From positions 1 to 42,762 of the forward strand of contig JALMLS010000457.1 in assembly GCA_038496445.1 (NCBI GenBank): a stretch of 42,762 nucleotides of DNA. Reading direction: 5' to 3'. The notes beneath the pieces were generated by a model. The model searched no databases, was not told where the DNA came from, and was given only the letters and a program-made list of their open reading frames with translations. Positions within the stretch are counted from its first letter, which is position 1, and each line of letters begins with the position of its first letter. Source of the DNA: Trichosphaerium sp. ATCC 40318 (taxonomy: Eukaryota > Protista > Tubulinea). The translations under genes were made by a program, and so were the position numbers. Below, piece after piece: positions 20,580 to 31,270 of the stretch.

Positions 20580-21616
20580 CAGGGCTGAAACTCAGCTAGG
20601 CATTGCCTTAAAAAATGATGCATATTCCTAACATTTGGCATCAGATGGCAAAATCAAGGCATTTGCATTTGGCATTGCCCAATAAAATAAGGCATTTTTA
20701 CAAAAAAGCAATGCCTTCATCAAAAAGGCATTAAAACCAGGCATTTTTGGGCATTATTTGGCATTGCATAAAATCAGGTAATGCCCTGTATTGCATTTTT
20801 TGGCATTGCTTAAAATCAAGTAATGCCCTGTATTGCAAGTACTTTATGCCTTTATTATGCCTTATTTTTTTAAGCATTATATGCCTTGTATTTTAATTCA
20901 TATATAAGGCATTGCCTATACTATATCATAGGGACTGATCACTTTAGGGAAGTGTTTTAAGGTAAGTAACAGTCAAACAACTTTTACACTTTTTTTTTCA
21001 CATCACCTACTGACGTTTTATATAGACAGACACCTAGCGCTCTTAGTAATTGATGAAATTAGACGAAACCACCGCCAAACGAACCGCAGCACCCTATATC
21101 ACCTACAACTGTAGTAGGAGTGAACTCCGCGATATTTCCAGGACCGCGGAATTCTAACACTACAAGGTAAGTTTTTTTTTTTTTTTTTTTTCACCATCTC
21201 ATATTTTCTTTAAGGTTTTTTCAAATGTGGACTTAGGAGTTTTGTGTATTGTATGTGTACTGTATTAAAAAATAAATAGTTGTGTTATTACCTGAAAATG
21301 CCCTGGTTTATTAGGCACTGTAGACTATGATAATGCTTCCTTTTTGCCTTCAAAATAAGGCATTGATGCATGAGCTATGCCCTAATTTGAAGGCATAATT
21401 CCTTAAAATATGCAAGCAAAACCATTGCAATCTTGTGTACCAGATGCAAGCATTTTTCATCAAATATGAGGCATTTTTGGAGCAAAAAATAAGGCATTGC
21501 CCTGTATTTGCCTTTTTGAATGAGGCAAAAACTAGGCATTTTTGTAAAAAATAAGGCATTATTTGATGAAAATGCCTATGCATTGTCCAAAAATGCCTTG
21601 TTGAGTTTCAGCCCTG
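20580..21616. mobile_element. Non-autonomous TIR DNA element C (~1.04 kb), subterminal AGGCATT/AATGCC arrays
   Basis: Perfect 15-bp TIR CAGGGCTGAAACTCA / TGAGTTTCAGCCCTG; TSD GT (20578-79, 21617-18). Confidence 0.93.
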
Positions 21617-22888
21617 GTCCAAACTGTTTTTGTCAATACGTAAATTAACATCACCTGCTATTATGTCACATTGTGCCAAATCATCATAGACAGAATCCCA
21701 AAAAACACATTTGTTTTTGCAAGGTGCGTAAACAACACCTATTCTAAGAGAAACACCTGATGCTTGAACATCAACAATTAATAAACGACCTTTTTGTTCA
21801 TTCACAAGTTTCGATTGAGCTCCACGGAGTGTAGCAAGAGCGACCCCAGTACCTCTACCAGCATCTGTGTGTAAAATACGTTTACTGTTAATATGAGAAG
21901 GGAATGAATTGGTTTCAGTAGCACAAAAGTAATTACACTTTAAATTAAATGAAAATTGTTTTAGGCGAAAGAAATTTGAAAAACCTCTACTATTTACTAC
22001 CACTAGTTTGACTCTAGGCATTAGATGTTTTAGTCCTTGGATTATAAGAGTTACCTCTTGGTGTTGAGGTTTTTGCTTTCTTTCGTCTCGTATTATCATC
22101 TTTAGAAGTATCACGTGCTCTTTTGGCATTATCACGATATGAGGCAGCCTCTGAAGGAGAGAGCTTTGAAATATTTTGAGAATACCTTTGCACTTTTTCA
22201 AAATCACTTTCGGAGTTAAAAACCTTCATAACCAAAAATCCAGATCCACGTTTGTATACCTGATATTGTTCCAATCCAGTGAGTTTTTTTGAACATACGA
22301 AAACACAACCGTTAGTGGGTAAATCACTAAATTTTGTACGCCATCTATGGAACATCAACATCCGTCCTCCAAATCCTAAACATATTCTATCACAAATAGT
22401 GCACATAGTCTCTTCGTCATCAAGAATGTCAAAACCTGATATAACAATCTTTATAGAGCTGTGAGCATAAATGTAAAATTTATATCCTTTGTCTCGAAAA
22501 ATATCAATTTGTTTAGAAAATTGTGTACGTAAATTCTCCTTATTTTTTACGACCATGATAATTCTATTTGGATATTCTTTTGCAGTGATTATTTTAGAAC
22601 TACCTTTGAAAGCATTAACTAGGTTCACACGGTGGTCGTTGAATTCTTTTAGTTCACCATCGGAAGAGTCTTCGTTGATTCCAAAATTTATAATCCAATA
22701 AAGCTCGTCGTTCATTTTATCAGCATACCTCATAATCCGCTCTTCGGAGACTTTTTTGATACAATTCAAGATAATGTTGTTGTCGATTTTTCGTTCTTCT
22801 ACAGGAAGCGTACTTGTAAGGTTTCGGACATCTTCAGCATCTTCCATATCAAAATCAGTAACACTTGAGTAAGAGGCTTCAGCCCCGC

Positions 22889-22983
22889 TGTAAGAGGTCC
22901 GGTAGTCCGAGTGATAGGGATAAAGGTAAGGTTTATTATACGTCTTAATTACATGACTTAATTACAAATATAGCATCCTTACA
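22889..22983 (-). repeat. 3' LTR of Gypsy element 2 (95 bp)
   Basis: Identical to 28461-28555. Confidence 0.97.
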
Positions 22984-23033
22984 AATCTCCCTCCAACGTA
23001 AGTATGATGGTCCCTCATCATGACGATCAGTTC

Positions 23034-26000
23034 TCACCATTCTTGTATCATTAGTAATAATTCTTCGGTTAAACGTTTCTCAAAGTTTGTTATGAATTCA
23101 GTTAACCATTTCTGTAGTTCTTCTTTCCCGTTCCTCTTACTGTATTTAATCTCGTTTTCTAGTTCTTCGCATTTAGCACTACTCCTTATATATCTTGATC
23201 CTTTGCCTATTAATTCTTTCAACATACTGGCTAGTTTGTCATTTGATAATCGTTTCGCTACTTTATGAATATGCATTAATAACTCCTTCAGGTGTGTTGT
23301 TCTTGTCATGCTCGTTCCTCTTCTTCTTGTTTCCCTTACGCTCTTCCTTGCATACTCTTCTATTTCCATTGGTCTTTCGAGTGTAGCTTCTTCTATTTTC
23401 TTTGCTACTTCTCTTGTTGATTCTAATTCATTATTTTCTTTATATTCGCTATCTTCGTCTTCGCCTGGATCTATCATCTCTTTATACTTATCCCTTTGTT
23501 GTTTATAAATGTGTCTTGTATCTACTTCTATGTCCTCTTGTGGTCTGAGGTACGAATCTATGTGTGGTTTTAATCTTTCTACATGCACTACTGGTGATAA
23601 TCTTCTATATGTTGGTATCTCTAATCTTATTGTGATATCGCTAATCTTCTCTAATATCTCGAATGGTCCTTGCCATTTTTGTGTTAACTTCTTTCTTTGA
23701 CCTTCTTTTATGTGTGGTACATACAGCCATACTTTTTGCCCTACTCTATATTCTACTGTTCTTCTTCCTGTGTTATAATATTCTGCTTGTTTCCGTTTTT
23801 CTGCTAATGTGTTCCTTTTTGCTATCTCATGTACTGATTTTAATCTGTGTGCTAATGTTTCTGCCCAATCGCTCATGTTGTATTTATTCTGTAGTAGTCC
23901 TCCGTTTCCTGCTATAACATCTAATGGTATTCTGGGTTTCCTACCAAATAGTAATCTGTATGGTTCGTATTTTGTTGTTGAGTGTATTGCTGTTCTATAC
24001 GCGAATAAACATGGTTCAATCCATATATCCCAATCGTCTTGGTCATCGTCTACAAAGTGTCGTATCATCTCAATTAGTGTGTGATTAAATCGTTCTGTTT
24101 GTCCGTCTGTTTGTGCATGGTATGCTGTCGTTCTCTGCTTCTTAATGTGTAACATATCGTAAACTTGTTTCATAATCTCGCCTGTGAGGTTCTTCCCTTG
24201 ATCTGTGAGTACTCTATTAGGTATTCCGTATCTGAAACACCATTCGTTAACAAATATTTTAGCTATTGTGATGGCTTCTTGATTCTTCATGGCAAACGCT
24301 TCTACCCATTTCGTGAAATTGCAATTGATAACTAATAGGTATTTGTTTCCTGCTCCCGTTCTGTTGAGTGGTCCTATAATATCCATTGTAACTAATTCAA
24401 ACGGATGGCTGGCGCCGAACTTTCCTCCCATTTTGCCTGCTTTCTTTAGTCTTGGTGTTTTTGTTCTTAGGCATGATGGACACGATTGGCACCATTCTTT
24501 AGTGTCGACATATAATCTTGGCCAGTAAAAACGCTCTCTTATTCTGTCATACGTCTTTACAAATCCTAGATGTCCCGCAAATGGTGCATCATGTGCATGT
24601 TTGAATATCGCCCTCTTCAACTTGACAATATTTGGTACGTATATTTGAAAGACTTCATCCTCTGCCTTTGTTGGGTCCTTTCTGTATAGTATTCCTGTAT
24701 CATCTATTCTCATATCTCTGGCTTGTGCATAAAACGTTGATTCTATAAACCCTCTCGATTTCAATATGGCCTTGCTGATTTTCCCTTCTTGTAGAAATTT
24801 AATATATACTTGGGTCGTGTCGTCTTTATCTTGTAGCGCTTTCCAATTGATTCCTGAATCGTTGTGTCCTCTTACGTGTAATTTCTTCTTGTACATATCT
24901 ATCGCATTAATTGTTTCCTTTGTGGCAAAAGGCGTTCTTGATAGTGCATCTGGTACGACATGTAACTTTCCTTTCTTATATTCAAGTTCGTATGAAAATT
25001 GTTGTATACTTAGTAGTAGTCTGGCAATCACATTTCTTACTGTATTAATCCTTGACATCATTGTTAGTGGTTCGTGGTCCGTAAATACCACAAGCGAGAA
25101 CTTGGTGTATGCTAAATATCCTTTGTAATTCTTAAGAGCCTCGCATATACCCAATAATTCTCGTTCTGTTGTTGAATATTTCTTTTGTCCTTCTGTAAAA
25201 TTCTTTGAGAAGTATGATATAACTCTCTCTCGCTTTAACTCGTCTCTTTGGCATAACACTGCTCCACATGCATATCCTGACGCGTCCACATGTAACTCAA
25301 ACGGTTTGCTGAAGTCTGGATGCTTTAATACTGGTGGGTTTGTGAATGCATATTTGAGTTCTTTGTATGCTTTACTGTGTTCTTCCGTCCATTTCCATAC
25401 GGCGTCTTTCTTTCTTAACTCTTGAAACGGTTGTATTTTATGTGCATATCCTTTAACGAATCTTCTGTAATGGTTTGTAACATCTAATACCCTAAACAGT
25501 TCTTCAAACTTTGTAGGCTCTGGCGCTTTCTCTATTTCTTCAATACTTGCTTCTTTCGGCAATACTCCTTCTGCTGATATTCTGTATCCTAAGAATTGTA
25601 CTTGATCTTCGAATACTTTAGATTTGCTGGCTTTTAACTTCAATCCCTGTTGCTTAACTCTTTCTAATACTAGCGCAGTGTTGATGATGTGGTCCTGAAA
25701 GGACTTGGAGAATATAATGATGTCATCAACATAGCATAAACATATCTTCCATAACAATCCTGACATTGTAAGGTTCATGAGCTTTTGGAATGTAGCCATA
25801 GAATTCTTAAGTCCCATTGGCATTTTCACAAACTCGTAATGACCATCTATTGTAGAAAATGCTGTCTTCTCTATGTCGTCCTCGTCATTATCTATTTGGA
25901 AGTATCCACTTGTCAAGTCATATGTGGAGAATAGAATTGATAACACTGTGGCATCTAACACTTCATTGATTCTCGGTATTGGGTGTACTGTCTTTTTGGT

Positions 26001-28415
26001 AATCTTATTTAATTCACGGAAATCTATACAAAAGCGCCATTTTCCGTCTTGTTTCTTAACTAATACTACTTGCGCTGCCCATGGTGATTTTGATTCTCTA
26101 ATAATGCCCTGTTCCAGTAATTTCCTTATTTCTTTTCTGATGACATCTGCTTTGAGAGGTGTCATATATCTGTACGGTATCGCGATTGGTCCTTTCTTCT
26201 CATCTGTTTCTATTTTGTGTCTGACGGCTGTAACACGATTGTCTGGGTGTAACTTCTCATCAAATTGGTCCTTATACTCGTGATGCAATACAGCTACCAT
26301 CAGCTTTTGTTGTTTGGTCAGCTTCTTATCTTGTATTTTAAATAACTTGTATATTTCATTAATCTCTTCGTCGCTACGCTTCTTCTTAAACATATCATTA
26401 ACACGTTGCAAAACTGTTTCTCTCTTCTCATCAATACTGTTAACTATATCATCCTCGTCGACACTGCTAAATAGTCCAATATCCATTCTGGAGTTTAATT
26501 TAATTCTTCTGTTTGTAGCGTTAAGTATTTGTACTTTAGCTACTCCTTTTCTAACTTTGCTAACACTTCTAATTAGATATGTTCCTGGTGTAATGTTACT
26601 GCCGTGTGATGTGATCATTCCGCATGTTCCATTAACTGTTTGTGGTACTCTAGCCATGAATGTGGTTTCGCTATACGGTGCTAATTTGATTGTGTTCGCT
26701 GTGATGACATGAACGTTCTGTGGATTGATGCGTCTTCTGATTGTTTGTGTTGGTACTGGCCATCCGCCTTCTGGTATGATATTCTTGTCGCCGATATTGA
26801 TATTGCATTTCGCTTCTGTCATGTAATTCATACCCAATAAAATGTCATACTTAAACTCTTTGATTACTTGTAATTCTGTCTCTGTCATTACGCCACCCAC
26901 TTTAACTTCCAATCTAATGACACCATACGTTTTAATTCTCTTATTATCTGCTGAATATAGTGGTTTCATGTACTGTCTCTTAACTGAACCCACAAGACCC
27001 AAACGACGTATCATAGACAAGTCAATAAGCGAAACAGAAGCGCCTGTATCGAAGACAGCGCTCATCTTAACATTATCGATAACGCACGTGGATTTTAATA
27101 TACTATATCTGTACTCATGTTCTGTCGTATCGTTGCTTACGTTATTACATCCAAACTCGTATCCGCATAACTTCATGAAATTTGCATTACTCTGATCGTA
27201 CTCTAAAACACTACACACGTCGACAACAAATCTATTCTCGCTCTTACTGGCATACTCGCTATCAGACTCTACGCATACGTCAACACTCGGTACACAACAA
27301 CACAAACGCAAACGCAAACACTCACTCAATAAACTGGGACGTTCGTAACCAAAGTTAAGGTCTGTATTTTCAAACAATTCGTCGTTACAATCATCATCAA
27401 CATAATTCATCGCTTCTGGACTGTCGCGGTCGTTACGATCATTCTTCTTCTTCTCCTCTGGCTCTGGGTAGTGTTGAGAGGGCTCATCTGGTACACGATC
27501 CTTGTTGTTGTAGCATTTGCGCCAGATATGTCGAGATCTTCCACAACCGCTGCAAATAGGCTCGCCCTTCGCCGTGAATCGATACTTCTTGCCATTAGCG
27601 ATGACAACCTTGACGCCGGAATCTTCGTAATAAATTTTGGTATCGGTACGTCTACGCTTTTGAGGATCAAATCTACCAGTGCCAAAACGTCTTTCGCGGT
27701 CGTAGTTACGTTCACGTACGCGTGTATCGTGTCTAGGCGGTTCCTCATACTTTCTTTTGTTGCTGATGTTGTTCATCGCTTCTACATCGCCCACAATAAC
27801 ATTGGTATCACGCTTGACATACTTCTGTGCTTTTACCGTGATTTCGCTGATCGTAAGTGCCTTTTTCTGATCTTCTGAATAATTGGCGTACTCGAGGTCG
27901 ACTTTAAGTTTAAGGTCTTGTCTGAACCCATTGCGAAACCTTGTAGCGATAGCTTCCTTCGATGCATTGATCATACGTCCTTTTGCTGCGATACGGATGG
28001 ACCATTTCAAGATGCTTTCATCTTCTTCTTGAGTAGCGCTGATGAACTCTATGTGTAGCTTGCGCATGATATCTTCTGGGAAAAACTTGCTAATGAGGAG
28101 TTCGATTCGAGCTCGTGCTTTCCTTTCTCCATCATCGATGAGTACTGCCATCTTGGGTCCAATAGCTTGCTCCAGGAATAATACGAAGCCATTCTCGCTC
28201 AAACCAGCGTCCTCCGTTAATAGCCTCATTTGCTTGAGAAATTGCGGTAACTCACTTCTCTTGCCCGTAAACATCTGTTTTGTCTTCACTAGCTGAGTTT
28301 TTGTGAAGCTGGACTTGCCTTTCCAGTTGGATACCCAGTTGCCGGTTGTAGCATTGTATACGTTGTACGGAATGTACGCTTCCACATTGTGATCGGTAGC
28401 CGGTTTGGTAAACAT
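23034..28415 (-). CDS. Gag-Pol polyprotein (single ORF) of Gypsy element 2
   Basis: CSGCGRSRHIWRKC; DTGA; RFCIDFRELN, MPMGL, YVDD; VDAS; HHCC, TDQG, ERFN, GPF; first ATG at 28415 (frame open from the PBS). Confidence 0.97.
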   Translation of the reverse strand: MFTKPATDHNVEAYIPYNVYNATTGNWVSNWKGKSSFTKTQLVKTKQMFTGKRSELPQFLKQMRLLTEDAGLSENGFVLFLEQAIGPKMAVLIDDGERKARARIELLISKFFPEDIMRKLHIEFISATQEEDESILKWSIRIAAKGRMINASKEAIATRFRNGFRQDLKLKVDLEYANYSEDQKKALTISEITVKAQKYVKRDTNVIVGDVEAMNNISNKRKYEEPPRHDTRVRERNYDRERRFGTGRFDPQKRRRTDTKIYYEDSGVKVVIANGKKYRFTAKGEPICSGCGRSRHIWRKCYNNKDRVPDEPSQHYPEPEEKKKNDRNDRDSPEAMNYVDDDCNDELFENTDLNFGYERPSLLSECLRLRLCCCVPSVDVCVESDSEYASKSENRFVVDVCSVLEYDQSNANFMKLCGYEFGCNNVSNDTTEHEYRYSILKSTCVIDNVKMSAVFDTGASVSLIDLSMIRRLGLVGSVKRQYMKPLYSADNKRIKTYGVIRLEVKVGGVMTETELQVIKEFKYDILLGMNYMTEAKCNINIGDKNIIPEGGWPVPTQTIRRRINPQNVHVITANTIKLAPYSETTFMARVPQTVNGTCGMITSHGSNITPGTYLIRSVSKVRKGVAKVQILNATNRRIKLNSRMDIGLFSSVDEDDIVNSIDEKRETVLQRVNDMFKKKRSDEEINEIYKLFKIQDKKLTKQQKLMVAVLHHEYKDQFDEKLHPDNRVTAVRHKIETDEKKGPIAIPYRYMTPLKADVIRKEIRKLLEQGIIRESKSPWAAQVVLVKKQDGKWRFCIDFRELNKITKKTVHPIPRINEVLDATVLSILFSTYDLTSGYFQIDNDEDDIEKTAFSTIDGHYEFVKMPMGLKNSMATFQKLMNLTMSGLLWKICLCYVDDIIIFSKSFQDHIINTALVLERVKQQGLKLKASKSKVFEDQVQFLGYRISAEGVLPKEASIEEIEKAPEPTKFEELFRVLDVTNHYRRFVKGYAHKIQPFQELRKKDAVWKWTEEHSKAYKELKYAFTNPPVLKHPDFSKPFELHVDASGYACGAVLCQRDELKRERVISYFSKNFTEGQKKYSTTERELLGICEALKNYKGYLAYTKFSLVVFTDHEPLTMMSRINTVRNVIARLLLSIQQFSYELEYKKGKLHVVPDALSRTPFATKETINAIDMYKKKLHVRGHNDSGINWKALQDKDDTTQVYIKFLQEGKISKAILKSRGFIESTFYAQARDMRIDDTGILYRKDPTKAEDEVFQIYVPNIVKLKRAIFKHAHDAPFAGHLGFVKTYDRIRERFYWPRLYVDTKEWCQSCPSCLRTKTPRLKKAGKMGGKFGASHPFELVTMDIIGPLNRTGAGNKYLLVINCNFTKWVEAFAMKNQEAITIAKIFVNEWCFRYGIPNRVLTDQGKNLTGEIMKQVYDMLHIKKQRTTAYHAQTDGQTERFNHTLIEMIRHFVDDDQDDWDIWIEPCLFAYRTAIHSTTKYEPYRLLFGRKPRIPLDVIAGNGGLLQNKYNMSDWAETLAHRLKSVHEIAKRNTLAEKRKQAEYYNTGRRTVEYRVGQKVWLYVPHIKEGQRKKLTQKWQGPFEILEKISDITIRLEIPTYRRLSPVVHVERLKPHIDSYLRPQEDIEVDTRHIYKQQRDKYKEMIDPGEDEDSEYKENNELESTREVAKKIEEATLERPMEIEEYARKSVRETRRRGTSMTRTTHLKELLMHIHKVAKRLSNDKLASMLKELIGKGSRYIRSSAKCEELENEIKYSKRNGKEELQKWLTEFITNFEKRLTEELLLMIQEW

Positions 28416-28460
28416 GTTGATAATACGCTTGTAGTTCAATAAACTGCTCAGTGTCGCCAC

Positions 28461-28555
28461 TGTAAGAGGTCCGGTAGTCCGAGTGATAGGGATAAAGGTA
28501 AGGTTTATTATACGTCTTAATTACATGACTTAATTACAAATATAGCATCCTTACA
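28461..28555 (-). repeat. 5' LTR of Gypsy element 2 (95 bp)
   Basis: Followed on minus strand by the PBS; flanked by TSD CCGC 28556-28559. Confidence 0.97.
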
Positions 28556-28699
28556 CCGCTGGTTATGGCAGTATCTTTCGGTTCCATCCTATTAAACGTA
28601 TTCTACAACAGAACGGAACAATTAAAGAAATATAGTAAGAGAAGTTGTTAACCCCTGACCAATTAAGGCAGGCTCAGACACGTGCTGGAGCCTACCAAG

Positions 28700-29160
28700 A
28701 AAACAAAGAATCAAGGCATTGGCAGGCGTTCATACCACTTGCTTATTCAAACTGAAGTAACAGATGAAGGGTTCAGAGCATTAGCCAGTAAAGCTCTCAG
28801 AAAACTGTTTATCTACTTAACCGGCTATGACAAGTTTGCAACCGGTTTGGTTGTGATTTTCGGGGAAAAGTTGTTGGCTTCATTGTAAGCCACAAACTCT
28901 TTTTTTTTACATCCAAACTACTTTCATACGCTTTTCAAACAACAATCTACAAGTTGCGGAAAGTGATAAACCATTTTTATTGCGTCGATTTTGCTACCTT
29001 GTCGAACGCTTTCAAGCACATTATTTCACTAACATTAAGAAGTCGTTATTAGCCGGTTTGTAACCGGAAAAGAAACAGCTCTAGCCAGTAGTGTTTGGAT
29101 AATACATCTTCAAAGCTCCAAAGTGAGTAGTAAGGGTGTTGAGGCGCTTAGCAATAATTT
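28700..29160 (+). pseudogene. Degenerate leucine-rich-repeat gene remnant
   Basis: Broken frames read IKALAGVHT.., TEVTDEGFRALA, VWIIHLQSSKVSSKGVEALSN. Confidence 0.5.
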
Positions 29161-29209
29161 TTACATGTACATAAACAGCCATTGTTTTAGGCTAGTGCTT
29201 CTATTTACC

Positions 29210-31270
29210 AACGAGACTGTGAGATGATCTTGTGGAGGGAACAAATATGGCATCTTGAACGATGAGTGAGCATTTGGGATTTATATACAAGTTGATTACA
29301 ATATCAAAGAATTAAAAAACAGTGAAGACATTGTTCAAACATGCGATTGTTTTGGGTGGCGCCGGTCGTGATTTATGTTTGCAAATTCTGTTGTTGTACT
29401 TGCTAGTACAAGTAAACATCGCAAATATGACGCGAGTGGAAGGTCAGCATCACAATGAGATGCATGTGTCCTCTAATTTGTGGCTTGCAAGCAGATGGTG
29501 GTCAACCATCGAAACTCTTGTTCTACCTTGATATACGTATAGCTACAGTCTAAAGTACCAACTGAAGAGCAAAAGACTGTTACTTCGCGCTAGCGTTGAA
29601 CTTCAACAATATTGAATCTATTTTCTGAGTGTCTGTAGAGCATTACGGGTAGGAGGTTAATTTAAGATTCCAGTTCCGTAACAATGTTAATAATTTGCGA
29701 AAAGAGTTTGTATTGTTTCACACAACAGGTTCCAAACGACATTGACACTGCTCACCACTTTCTTTCTGTCTGTAGATATTTATAGATATGTTCCGTACAA
29801 TGACTAGCCAATAGCAGTTAGCTAACCTACTTGGAAGTGACTTTATGAATGCTAGCACAAAAGCAAGTTAGAACTACCAGTTTCAACAATTACAGTGCAC
29901 AAGTGTTCAGTTTACAATCAATGATTGCTGAATTTTGAGATGTACACAACAAAGTTTCATGTGAGACAGTAGATGCTATCAATTTTATGATGTTTCGTAA
30001 CATGGGAGCTAGGTTTTCTATTGTTCGAATTGGTTGAGAAGAAAATAAGCCACGAAAAAACTCGGAGTGTGCGCTTTGTAGTTTCAAATTCAATTCTTTC
30101 CTTATTGATTACCCATCCAATATCTGAGTACCATTCAATAGATGCTGTTTTAGGTTGTACACATTTTGCAAAATTGTTCTGAGATCTAAAAAAATCACGT
30201 GAACACAGTTTTTGAGTGGTTGAGAAAAAACTTCTCTGAATTTCAAAAATATGAGGTTTGAAACGAATGTAGTTACCGTCTCTAAAATGAAAAGCAAACA
30301 CAAAGCATTATCAGCCCGATCAAAATATTTGAGGTACTTTCTATCCACAAGAAAAAAATGAAAACAACGAAATCTCACAACAATTTATATGACATCACAT
30401 CGACATGAAAATCTCGCAAAAAACGCACAATTAAGCATAACTTTCTCACCAAACAACATGAAACAACAACTCATCATTTCTCTATCCCTTATCTCCCTTG
30501 CGTTTGCAGTTGTAACTTACACGCCACTTGCAACAGCTTCAACTGAAACATGTCAAGGATGTCGCAAAGACATGCATGCGGGACGCTTTGTTAACTGCGA
30601 TGGCTCATTTGCAGGCTCAACAGTTACTCACTGTAACTCGGTAGGAGGTCCCGGAGAATGTAGCTTCCCTAGAGATACGTCAGTAACAAAACAAGAATGC
30701 GAGCAACTGTGCACTGCCGACATAAGATGTAACTTCTTTACAAGTTACCAGGATTCCATCTGTAACTTATTCATGATGAATCAGTGTAACTTGATCAATG
30801 GAGGTGCTTCAGGAGACACCCTCAAAAAAGAACACCTTACAACAGATACGTTTATCATGACTGAAACCGGCACTGGAACACATGATAAAACAGACGGTCA
30901 AATTCGATACAGATATGTCTACACCGATACAACAACATCACCTTGGAGTGCTAACGTTGACGATACAAATATTGATGACTTTCAAAGCGGCGCTATCGAT
31001 CATTTCTTCATGGCTGCTCCTATCAAAGACCCTTCGAAATCTCTCACTGGCCTTGAAGTCAAGAATTTCAGCAACGATGGATGGAGATTTACCAGATTCT
31101 ATGTTTTCAACAGTTTTCACTTTTGCTTCAACGGTGACGCTTTAATTGACGGTGACGGTGCCAATGATCATGTAATTCTCCCAAACAACGGAGATTGTAG
31201 CTGTACTGCTTGAACAGAAATAAACGAATTTATTTCCCCTTAGTTAATTTGCCTTTGTCTTATTATTTTC
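29210..31270 (+). repeat. Segmental duplication unit (PAN+PLAT gene plus ~1.2 kb upstream), inverted partner at about 38635-40770
   Basis: Colinear reverse-complement similarity, high over the gene and proximal flank, decaying distally; ends approximate. Confidence 0.88.
30458..31213 (+). CDS. Secreted Cys-rich PAN/apple + PLAT/LH2-like protein, copy 2 (intronless, 251 aa)
   Basis: Signal peptide MKQQLIISLSLISLAFA; ECEQLCTADIRCNFFTSY..CNL (PAN-like); TG..DKTDG..DDFQSGAIDHF..DGWRFTRFYV..FCFN (PLAT-like). Upstream ATG 30389 is in frame but precedes the signal peptide. Confidence 0.8.
   Translation: MKQQLIISLSLISLAFAVVTYTPLATASTETCQGCRKDMHAGRFVNCDGSFAGSTVTHCNSVGGPGECSFPRDTSVTKQECEQLCTADIRCNFFTSYQDSICNLFMMNQCNLINGGASGDTLKKEHLTTDTFIMTETGTGTHDKTDGQIRYRYVYTDTTTSPWSANVDDTNIDDFQSGAIDHFFMAAPIKDPSKSLTGLEVKNFSNDGWRFTRFYVFNSFHFCFNGDALIDGDGANDHVILPNNGDCSCTA

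Larger units (their letters stand above)
14564..22021 (-). pseudogene. LINE ORF2 (APE endonuclease + reverse transcriptase), split into four pieces
   Basis: Pieces 22021-21617 (NSRG, ETN, GVA, VYAP, GDVN), 20577-20331 (RIDMIF, LDH), 19193-18563 (KAPGPDG), 16583-14564 (NYRPI, QNGF, DFRKAFD, QGNPISP, FADD, YLG). About 1100 aa after removing inserts, with one extra frameshift/deletion near 20545. Confidence 0.92.
22889..28555 (-). mobile_element. Ty3/Gypsy LTR retrotransposon 2, full length, recent
   Basis: Identical 95-bp LTRs 22889-22983 and 28461-28555 (TGTAAG...CTTACA), 4-bp TSD CCGC, PBS TGGCGACACTGAGCAG and PPT GGAGGGAGA on minus strand. Confidence 0.97.
22014..28587 (-). pseudogene. LINE ORF1 (~300 aa), N-terminus cut off by Gypsy element 2
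   Basis: Removing 22889-28555 and one CCGC gives in-frame MEPKDTAITSG|AEASYSSVTDFDMEDAED..; basic C-terminus; its last 8 nt overlap the ORF2 start at 22021. Confidence 0.85.
14203..28675 (-). mobile_element. Full-length non-LTR retrotransposon (L1/Tx1-like LINE) with four nested insertions
   Basis: TSD AGACACGTGCTGGAGCCT at 14185-14202 and 28676-28693; poly(T) 14202-14213 (poly(A) tail) preceded on minus by AATAAA; ORF1 plus APE-RT ORF2 can be reassembled. Confidence 0.93.

Noticed and set aside
17309-21583. Short ORFs inside elements A, B and C (e.g. 18317-18826, 19210-19482, 21350-21583) as transposases
   Set aside because: Low-complexity translations of the motif arrays or antisense to LINE ORF2; no DDE motifs
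16600-21600. Repeat arrays as CRISPR or satellite DNA
   Set aside because: No constant repeat with unique spacers; arrays are confined to the arms of TIR-bounded inserts with TSDs
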